From an uncultured Candidatus Peribacteria bacterium (GTDB lineage: Bacteria > Patescibacteriota > Gracilibacteria > Peribacterales > Peribacteraceae): a stretch of DNA of 62,048 nucleotides. The position numbers and the translations under genes were made by a program. Numbering within the stretch: position 1 is the first letter of the stretch; every line of letters begins with the position of its first letter. Below the pieces are notes generated by a model. The model had not been told where the DNA came from. It did not search any database and saw only the letters and a program-made list of their open reading frames with translations. Where the stretch lies: contig CAYRXE010000002.1 of NCBI GenBank assembly GCA_964428205.1, forward strand, positions 1 to 62,048, read 5' to 3'. Below, piece after piece: positions 34,491 through 41,395 of the stretch.

Positions 34491-35564
34491 ATGAAGACGT
34501 ACCGTCCTCAATTCGAGCAGCTCGAAAACCGCAACATGCTTGCAGGTAATGCACTCAATCAACTTGCAGGACAATATCCTATTGATGCACACGAGATGAC
34601 AGCTCAGTACGTTGCGCTGGAACAGTCAGGCGTGAGAAATGAGGTCGCAGATGTGATGACAAAGGTTCCTGCTTCAAAAGAAGGTCGCTCCGTCGACACG
34701 GCACCACAGCATCCACATATCAGCGTGCATGTGGAGGAAGGAGACCATGGTCCAGAACTTCTCGTACATTTTGATGCCATGCCACCGGCACATGCCGTTC
34801 TCACAAAGGAGCTTCATGTGATTGGCCAGGTTGTTGCTGTGGCTGGAGAGGGCGAGCTGCATATGTCTTTACCTCACGAATACGGCACGTACACGCTCTT
34901 TTTCCAAGGGGAGGATCATGAGGTGATTGCGACGGTAGATATCGTGGTGGATGAAAGCGGTGTGCACACAGGAGAGGTAGAAACTCCGCACGAAGAGCAT
35001 GAGGAACACCCCCATCTTCCTCATGATGAGCATCACGAGGAGCACGCAACACATGAGGAGCACAAAGAGCATCCTGCACACGAGGAGCATGGCGTTCATC
35101 ACCATGAACACGTGTATCACGAACCGCACGCTCATGAGCATAACCACGTGCATCATCTCCATGAGCACGAGCATGACGAAGAGCACGACGAGGATGAGCA
35201 CGGTAAAAAGAAGCACAAAGAGGGCGACAAAGAAGAGCATCCTGCGGAAGAGAAGAAGGCTACAGAAGATAAGAAGCCCGAAGCTGCTGCAAAGGAGCAG
35301 CCTGCGATGAAGAGCAATCCCGAGAAGAGCGACGTGAAAACGCAGGGCGAAGAAGCAGCAAAAGAAGTACCTCCTGTATCCATTGCTCCAGAGTTCGTCG
35401 ACACCGTCTTTGCTGACTATCCTGAGCAGAAGAGCGAAAAGGTAGAAGCAGCAATTATTCAAAGCAACGATGCGCTCATTGCTGCCGGTCTCACGAGTGC
35501 TGCGGCCCTCGCCTACATGAGGCGTCGCCGTCGCAAGTCCGTGGAGCAAATCATTGCATCATAA
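34491..35564 (+). CDS. Exported His/Glu-rich protein with C-terminal hydrophobic anchor and basic tail
   Basis: 357 aa. N-terminus FEQLENRNMLAG. About 90 aa of HEEH-type repeats (nt about 34980-35250). C-terminus LIAAGLTSAAALAYMRRRRRKS. Confidence 0.75.
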   Translation: MKTYRPQFEQLENRNMLAGNALNQLAGQYPIDAHEMTAQYVALEQSGVRNEVADVMTKVPASKEGRSVDTAPQHPHISVHVEEGDHGPELLVHFDAMPPAHAVLTKELHVIGQVVAVAGEGELHMSLPHEYGTYTLFFQGEDHEVIATVDIVVDESGVHTGEVETPHEEHEEHPHLPHDEHHEEHATHEEHKEHPAHEEHGVHHHEHVYHEPHAHEHNHVHHLHEHEHDEEHDEDEHGKKKHKEGDKEEHPAEEKKATEDKKPEAAAKEQPAMKSNPEKSDVKTQGEEAAKEVPPVSIAPEFVDTVFADYPEQKSEKVEAAIIQSNDALIAAGLTSAAALAYMRRRRRKSVEQIIAS

Positions 35565-35619
35565 AATCGACTACTCATTGCTGAGTAGCCGACGCATGCA
35601 ACTGCTCTAAGGTTATTTA

Positions 35620-36348
35620 CTAAGCCATAGCCGCTACTGGTGTGCGGTTACGCTTTCGCTGTTGGGCCCACAGCATAGTCGCGAGCCCGATCATGCCCAT
35701 GCCGAGAAGGATTGCTCCTCCTGGTACTGGCACAGCCACGACGTTCGCAAAGACCGTAGTCTCCGCAATCGTCTCTTCATTGCTGTACGCGCCAAATTGA
35801 ATGGCGTACTGACCCGTTACGTTTGGATCAAACAAGGGAGCACCCAAGCCCTGCCAGAAGGCGAAGTCTAGGTGCCAGCTTTCGCTTACAGCCCACGGAG
35901 TCGTGTCGTTAGACCACGATCCATTGGCAGGATTAGTGCGAAACGCTGACCCCCAAAGGTTCACTGGGAGGATCAGGTCTGTAAAACTGATGGCGGCAGA
36001 TGGATCGAAATCCGCCCGCACACGTAAGTATGTCGTAGCAGGATTTAAATTGAGCGAGCCTGGATCAAACTGTAAATCGAAACTCCACCAGGGCGAAATG
36101 CCGTTGCCGGCTAATCCTGCCTGTACGAAGTACTCATTTCCAACCTGACCTAGGAGTGCTCGACTATCACGCGAACCAATTTGGATACCAGTTTGCGAAC
36201 CACCCGCACCGTTATTCACAGTGAAGTTGACGTTCGGTATTCCGGTGCCGGCTAGGAAAGTCCCGTCGGCCTTGGTCAGATTAATAAAGTCTCCGAAGCA
36301 ACACTGATTAGCGATCAGTAGGACCGCTAGTGCGAACAAACGACGCAT
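35620..36348 (-). CDS. Secreted protein with PEP-CTERM-like sorting tail
   Basis: Signal peptide MRRLFALAVLLIANQC. The C-terminus VPVPGGAILLGMGMIGLATMLWAQQRKRNR fits the PEP-CTERM layout, with VPVP in place of VPEP. Confidence 0.8.
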   Translation of the reverse strand: MRRLFALAVLLIANQCCFGDFINLTKADGTFLAGTGIPNVNFTVNNGAGGSQTGIQIGSRDSRALLGQVGNEYFVQAGLAGNGISPWWSFDLQFDPGSLNLNPATTYLRVRADFDPSAAISFTDLILPVNLWGSAFRTNPANGSWSNDTTPWAVSESWHLDFAFWQGLGAPLFDPNVTGQYAIQFGAYSNEETIAETTVFANVVAVPVPGGAILLGMGMIGLATMLWAQQRKRNRTPVAAMA

Positions 36349-36496
36349 TGCCTTATCTCCATTCCATAGGGAAAACGTGCCGGTAGAGAGCCCTCTCTAC
36401 TGGCTATTCGAAAGAACAGTTGCCGGAGCATTTAACACTACTCTGGTAGTTCCGTAAAGGCTTGGGGGGGGCCAAAACTTAAGGATTTTCGTGCAC

Positions 36497-36530
36497 ATAA
36501 AAGCGGAGCTCTCGAGTAAACGAGAGCTCC
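36497..36530 (-). terminator. Rho-independent terminator of the M15 peptidase gene
   Basis: GGAGCTCTCG-6 nt-CGAGAGCTCC (10-bp stem) followed on the minus strand by GCTTTTAT. Confidence 0.6.
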
Positions 36531-36555
36531 TAGGTTGGTTCTTTTCACAGGCTGG

Positions 36556-37776
36556 TTAGGCAACGTGTCCGAAGTTCTTCTCCACGAGTTGCCACGCCGA
36601 GTCGCCCGTACGGACGGCCATACGTTTTTCCGGTTTCATTCGGAGCAACGAATGGCAGGTGTTGCCGGCGTTCGGGTGCTTGTCCGACAGGTTTGGCTCG
36701 GCCATGAGGACGTTGCCATCAGTGCTGTAGACAATGTTGCCAAGCTGGAAGTGCCAGTTCTCGCCGGCCTGGGTAGGATCACCCGGGTCGTAGAAGCTGC
36801 CACCCGCAGTCATGAACGCGTAGTAGCGTATGCGATTTGCGACTCGCATGATTTCCCAGTCCGATTTTTTGAAGGCATCGGGAGTTGGGAAGCCAAGCTT
36901 TTGCAAGTGCGTCGTAAGCCGAAGATCGGACTTGGCGAGCGCGACATACGCATCGAAGTTATCGCCCTCGAGATACATCATCCCCGAAATGGGGTCGGCG
37001 TAATCGAAGGGGACGTGCGACAGAGGAACAGTCTTGCCATTCAGTTTTCCACGAACCATCAGATCGACAGCACCTCCGCCCGAGTGGGCGTTCCGGTTGC
37101 CGTTGAGCTTGATGCCGCGGCCAGCAGCGCGTCCAAGGTTGTTGTTTACACTGTGGAGGATGTAATCCCCGACAGCTTCATCCAGCGTCCCTGTGATGAG
37201 TTTCGCATCGATTGCATCTTGGAGATCCTGCGTGAACTCTTTGTCAGCCAAGAGTTGTACCTTGGTGACGTCGAGTTCTGCGCTAGGAGCCAAGCGCACC
37301 CAGGAGAAGGTTAAGTCGGCCATGCGGCCGTACTTCACCTGCTGCCAAGGCACGAGGCTGTCCAGCTTGAGGCCGTCGATTCCGGCGAGTTCCGCCATCG
37401 TCTCGGTGAAGCCCGCAGCTTGTCGCATGGGAGTTCGATACCCATCAACGAGTTGAAACTGCATGTTGCCTCCGGTGATTCGGTAGACCAACTTGTCGAG
37501 TGCTACCAAGCCTTCGGCGAACGTTTGGCGAAGCAAGAATTTGCCATCGCGAACACCTCCAGGAAGCACGCGCTTGCGGCCGCCGTAGATGTCTTTGCCA
37601 TCGTAGTCCCCAGTGCAGAGCACCATGTTCCCGACGTCGATCATCGGTTCTTCAGACGGCACATCGGGAACGTCCCGATAGCCATGATCATCACCGTCGA
37701 GAGCCCCTGTGATAGGGTTCGTCTTGATGTTGATCGGGATACTCGCCCAAGCATCTGGTTTCAGTCTCACGCGCAC
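36556..37776 (-). CDS. Zn D-Ala-D-Ala dipeptidase/carboxypeptidase-like protein (peptidase M15, VanX-like), long form
   Basis: GTG start at 37776 with GGAGGTG 5 nt upstream. H-x6-D motif in NAHSGGGAVDL and E-x2-H in GENWHFQLG, as in VanX/DdpX. It has about 140 extra N-terminal residues. Confidence 0.8.
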   Translation of the reverse strand: MRVRLKPDAWASIPINIKTNPITGALDGDDHGYRDVPDVPSEEPMIDVGNMVLCTGDYDGKDIYGGRKRVLPGGVRDGKFLLRQTFAEGLVALDKLVYRITGGNMQFQLVDGYRTPMRQAAGFTETMAELAGIDGLKLDSLVPWQQVKYGRMADLTFSWVRLAPSAELDVTKVQLLADKEFTQDLQDAIDAKLITGTLDEAVGDYILHSVNNNLGRAAGRGIKLNGNRNAHSGGGAVDLMVRGKLNGKTVPLSHVPFDYADPISGMMYLEGDNFDAYVALAKSDLRLTTHLQKLGFPTPDAFKKSDWEIMRVANRIRYYAFMTAGGSFYDPGDPTQAGENWHFQLGNIVYSTDGNVLMAEPNLSDKHPNAGNTCHSLLRMKPEKRMAVRTGDSAWQLVEKNFGHVA

Positions 37777-37962
37777 GAAACACCTCCTTTTGGGAAAATA
37801 GTTATTTTTCCTTTCGCACAGTCGGTTGTTTTATTACCAGCCGATGAACGAAAAGAACTTGCTGGATTTTGACAAATATTAGTAAATATGTCAATACAAC
37901 TATATAGGCTTAAAGCACGATAAAACTAATTAAATTGCCAATCTAATACTTTTACCACTCCT

Positions 37963-38214
37963 TCATTTCAGAGATTCCCGTAACATCTGCCTTAAGGATG
38001 ATTTGCCTTTATTTGTCTTGAAATACAATTCACGTCTTTCGGCATCGAGTGGGTCTTTGAATGCCTCATAAAATAGTAATTCAAATGGGCGCCGATTCCG
38101 CGTCGAAGTATTTCTTCCTTGTTGATGCTCCTCAAAGCGTCTGCGCAGATCTTTTGTAGATCCTATGTATAGCTTCTGATCTTTGAGGCTCCGAAGAACG
38201 TAGGTGTAATGCAT
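37963..38214 (-). CDS. GIY-YIG nuclease superfamily protein (second copy, divergent)
   Basis: ATG 38214. MHYTYVLRSLKDQKLYIGSTKDLRRRFEEHQQGRNTSTRNRRPFELLFYE. It sits in an AT-rich stretch. Confidence 0.8.
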   Translation of the reverse strand: MHYTYVLRSLKDQKLYIGSTKDLRRRFEEHQQGRNTSTRNRRPFELLFYEAFKDPLDAERRELYFKTNKGKSSLRQMLRESLK

Positions 38215-38267
38215 ACAACCAGTATGTTTCAAATAATGGCACCGTGAACCACATTGGATTCACGGTT

Positions 38268-38392
38268 TGCCATGAACCACGCGCACACAGTTAAATGGAG
38301 AGCAAAAATCAGTTCTCTCTCGTTATGGATCTTGATGGGTATTGGCATAGCCATGAATCCAAGCTCGCGCAGCGAGCGCGTGGTTCATGGCA
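38268..38392. repeat. 17-bp perfect inverted repeat enclosing 91 nt, with nested hairpins
   Basis: TGCCATGAACCACGCGC (38268-38284) pairs with GCGCGTGGTTCATGGCA (38376-38392). A third degenerate copy, GCCATGAATCCAAGCTCGCGC, is at 38350-38370. A separate 7-bp hairpin CCGTGAA/TTCACGG is at 38242-38265. Confidence 0.85.
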
Positions 38393-38505
38393 GCCCCGAG
38401 GATTCTAGACGCAAACTCCCTCATCGACACAGCCATAGGCTGGTACAAAGTCCTGAAAAATATCGCAACCGTCGCAACTGCCTGATAGTTTCGATCCTTC
38501 GCCAT

Positions 38506-39639
38506 TTACGGGGTTCCGCCCGATGACTCCTGCCATATGCTGATTCCGTTTGGCATCTTGCCAACCTCTATGCGCCTGATTTCCGCGTCTGTGGAGGTAT
38601 TAATAACAGAAACGTCATTGCTAAGGAGATTAGTGACATACACTTCTTTCCCATCGGGAGAGACCACCACTCCATGAGGTGCATCTCCAGCCGGAATGTC
38701 CTTCACAACGCTGCGAGAAAGGAGATCAATTTTGTACACGGTCTTTCCGGTGGGTTGCTCGAAGTAGTAGCCCTGATCCGCGACGTACAGGAAGCGGCTG
38801 TCAGGAGTCGGGTAGAGCTGAATCGGTCCCTTCGATTCTTCTGGCAATTCAATGTAACTCACTTCCTTCGTTGCCGTTTCTACAAGAGCAATCTGCTTGG
38901 TGTCGTACAGGGAAACAGCCGCCCACTTCCCATCCGGCGTAACTGCCGTCTGCACGGCATTACCTTCAAGAGGAATTGTCGTAACTGTGTCTGTTGCCAG
39001 ATCGAGGACGCCAACCGCTTTTCCCCCTAAGAGGGCGACATACGCTGTCTTGCCATCGGAACTAATACGCAGGCCATGTGGCTCGCTACCCTCTGAGACC
39101 ATCACTTCTTTGACCAGCTCCAAGCGTCGTGCATCAATCTTGTAGATCGTGTTTTTCTCCTGTGCAGTGGCGTACGCGAATGAACCGTCCTCTGCTACGA
39201 CAACGTGTGCGAGATGTGCTCCGGTATCGAGAGGAATGCGCCTTATAATCGTATCAGTGTGGGGGTCAATGACGATTACCTGATCGGGCATTGTGTTTTC
39301 ATCGCCGTGCTCATTCCCGCTACCGTGCTCCCCGTTTTCCTCATGTCCGCCTCCTTCTTCGGAATGGCTGAGATTTGCCGTCACCCACACTGTTTTCCCA
39401 TCAGGAGCTACCTGCACGTTGTGAGGTGCGAACTCGCGGTCAATCCCATCCGCCTGCTCGGAAAGATCCACGGTCTTCATGACCGAACCTGTCACCGGAT
39501 TGAGAACAGCAATATGGCCTTCTCCCTCGGCTGCCACGTAGATTTTCTGGGAGACTTCACTATCAGCGACTGGACTTGCGGAACAGGCTGCAAGAAAGAG
39601 AGCGAGAAAGGCCGACGAAGCACGCGAGAGAAGTTTCAT
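38506..39639 (-). CDS. YVTN-family beta-propeller lipoprotein with His/Glu-rich insertion
   Basis: Lipobox LFLAAC. Repeated propeller blades include a literal YVTN (EVYVTNLLSNDVSVI). The insertion HSEEGGGHEENGEHGSGNEHGDEN maps to nt about 39285-39363. Confidence 0.85.
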   Translation of the reverse strand: MKLLSRASSAFLALFLAACSASPVADSEVSQKIYVAAEGEGHIAVLNPVTGSVMKTVDLSEQADGIDREFAPHNVQVAPDGKTVWVTANLSHSEEGGGHEENGEHGSGNEHGDENTMPDQVIVIDPHTDTIIRRIPLDTGAHLAHVVVAEDGSFAYATAQEKNTIYKIDARRLELVKEVMVSEGSEPHGLRISSDGKTAYVALLGGKAVGVLDLATDTVTTIPLEGNAVQTAVTPDGKWAAVSLYDTKQIALVETATKEVSYIELPEESKGPIQLYPTPDSRFLYVADQGYYFEQPTGKTVYKIDLLSRSVVKDIPAGDAPHGVVVSPDGKEVYVTNLLSNDVSVINTSTDAEIRRIEVGKMPNGISIWQESSGGTP

Positions 39640-40148
39640 GGCTGTTTAGCTGAAGAATCGGGTGAAGGCGCTGGCAGAATTGTAGCATTCTGCATCGCCG
39701 CAATGAGCTTCTCACTCCATTTCTGAACCCGCTCCTCCTGTCCATAGGGCTCATTTACAATAATGAGTGGCATGAGGAGCGGTTTCGCATGTGACAGTTT
39801 TACAAATTGCATGAAACGCTCTGTGCAGCGTGTTGTAAAATAATAGCGGTCATCGCCTAAACAGATAAGAACTATAGGCTTCCCTGATAGATCAACATCC
39901 TTGCTACGTTCAAAAAGAAGCTGGTGCATGTACATATTGAGCTGCCCTTCAACACCACCATAGTTCCATGTGCCAGAACCCAGAATGAGAACGTCTCCCC
40001 TTAGTAGGTCTTCTCGTTTAGCTTGTTCTGCCCTTTGTCTTTCGATTGTCAGTTCGGGTGCTTTTTGTGCAAGAAATGCGACCAGTTCATCAACAACGTA
40101 TTCAGTGTGGCCGCTTGTGGAGGCGTAAATAATGTGTAGAGAGGGCAT
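39636..40148 (-). CDS. Flavodoxin-like protein
   Basis: ATG 40148. IIYASTSGHTEYV (FMN phosphate loop) and LILGSGTWNYGG. Its stop overlaps the propeller start (ATGA). Confidence 0.8.
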   Translation of the reverse strand: MPSLHIIYASTSGHTEYVVDELVAFLAQKAPELTIERQRAEQAKREDLLRGDVLILGSGTWNYGGVEGQLNMYMHQLLFERSKDVDLSGKPIVLICLGDDRYYFTTRCTERFMQFVKLSHAKPLLMPLIIVNEPYGQEERVQKWSEKLIAAMQNATILPAPSPDSSAKQP

Positions 40149-40149
40149 G

Positions 40150-40797
40150 TCATGCAGGTAGGCGGTTAGAGCGAAGGACAAAGACGGAACCGAGCGCATT
40201 CAGCGCGAAGGCAGTCAGTGCCATCATAGGAATCGTGATGTACCCGAAGTTGAAGAAGGGCGTGCGAGCACAGGAGACTCCTGTCTGGTCACAGGGTTTT
40301 GTGAGATCAGGGTCTAGCGGGTTCAATGCAAGTTGTACCTGCTCACCGTAGTGCCATGCCGCTATCAAGAGGCCGATGATCGAGAGCATAAGGATATAGG
40401 GAGCGATCCCCCTGTCTTTTTTCCAGATTGCATATGCCAATAGGAAGACCTGTGGGTACATGAATATTCGCTGAAACCAGCAGAGCTTGCAGGGCGTCCA
40501 TCCTGCAATTTCTGAGAAGAAGAGACTGCCGATCGTCGCAGAGAGTGAGATTATAAGCATCAGTAGAAGTGCATGTGAGCTGATCCAAGCTTTGGCCGAA
40601 GCGAACATACCCCCTCTTGTGACGAGCATCACAAGGAAAAGCAGCGAGAGCAGTTGCCCTGCAACAGTAAGAACCGAGAAAAATGTGACGACAGGGAATG
40701 GTGACATAGAAATCGGTGAAGTACCGCAAAGATACACGGGAAATACAGGAATGGGTAGTGTAAAGAACCATCGATTTCGGCTCATAGCCGATAACAT
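40150..40797 (-). CDS. DsbB/BdbC-family disulfide oxidoreductase (canonical core from ATG 40608; ORF stays open and hydrophobic up to 40797)
   Basis: FSEIAGWTPCKLCWFQRIFMYP (CxxC), a second Cys pair KPCDQTGVSC, and four TMs. Its stop lies 1 nt before the flavodoxin start. Confidence 0.7.
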   Translation of the reverse strand: MLSAMSRNRWFFTLPIPVFPVYLCGTSPISMSPFPVVTFFSVLTVAGQLLSLLFLVMLVTRGGMFASAKAWISSHALLLMLIISLSATIGSLFFSEIAGWTPCKLCWFQRIFMYPQVFLLAYAIWKKDRGIAPYILMLSIIGLLIAAWHYGEQVQLALNPLDPDLTKPCDQTGVSCARTPFFNFGYITIPMMALTAFALNALGSVFVLRSNRLPA

Positions 40798-40818
40798 CCA
40801 CTTATTAAGATTGATGAA

Positions 40819-41379
40819 ATGACTACTTTGAGTAGAATGGAAAACATGCAAACACTCGAAGCTATCAAGACACGCAGGGCAGTACGCGGATGGAGTGACA
40901 AGGAGGTCGCCGATGACACGCTTCAGCAGATTTTGGAGGCGGGCAGATATGCCCCAAGCCCTCTTAACTCCCAACCGTGGCATTTCACGGTCATTCGGAA
41001 CACAAATACAATCAAGAAGCTCATGGAGAAGGCTAATCATGGGTCTTTCCTTACGGCGGCCAAGGTCGTTATTGTCGTGACGGTAAGCCAAGAAGCAAAG
41101 GTGGATCAATGGCTCTCAGAGCATGAGCAGCACATTTACAGCGGTGTCTGTGCGATGGAGAACATGTGGCTCGCCGCATGGGATATGGGTCTCGGCGTGT
41201 GTTGGGTAACAGTAGACGAGAAGACGACACGGGAACTCCTTGGTCTTCCCGACAACCATAAGCTTCTCGGAAGCCTCGCGCTCGGATATCCTTCAACTCC
41301 TGCTAGACCTCGTACCGACAAAGATCGGAGACCTCTATCAGAGATGGTATCTTACGAAGAATTCGGGAAAGGTGCCTGA
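40819..41379 (+). CDS. Nitroreductase family protein
   Basis: LEAIKTRRAVRGWSDKEV..ILEAGRYAPSPLNSQPWHFTVI. Confidence 0.85.
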   Translation: MTTLSRMENMQTLEAIKTRRAVRGWSDKEVADDTLQQILEAGRYAPSPLNSQPWHFTVIRNTNTIKKLMEKANHGSFLTAAKVVIVVTVSQEAKVDQWLSEHEQHIYSGVCAMENMWLAAWDMGLGVCWVTVDEKTTRELLGLPDNHKLLGSLALGYPSTPARPRTDKDRRPLSEMVSYEEFGKGA

Positions 41380-41395
41380 TCTGCACGAATTTAGC

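Noticed and set aside
34869-35549. 226-aa - strand ORF rich in Leu/Phe/Met/Val that looks like a membrane protein
   Set aside because: It is the antisense reading of the His/Glu-rich repeats (CAC/GAG codons read backwards as GTG/CTC). It has no independent start or stop context.
40798-41109. N-terminal 104 codons of the 319-aa DsbB ORF
   Set aside because: This part is antisense to the nitroreductase gene and is not hydrophobic or DsbB-like.
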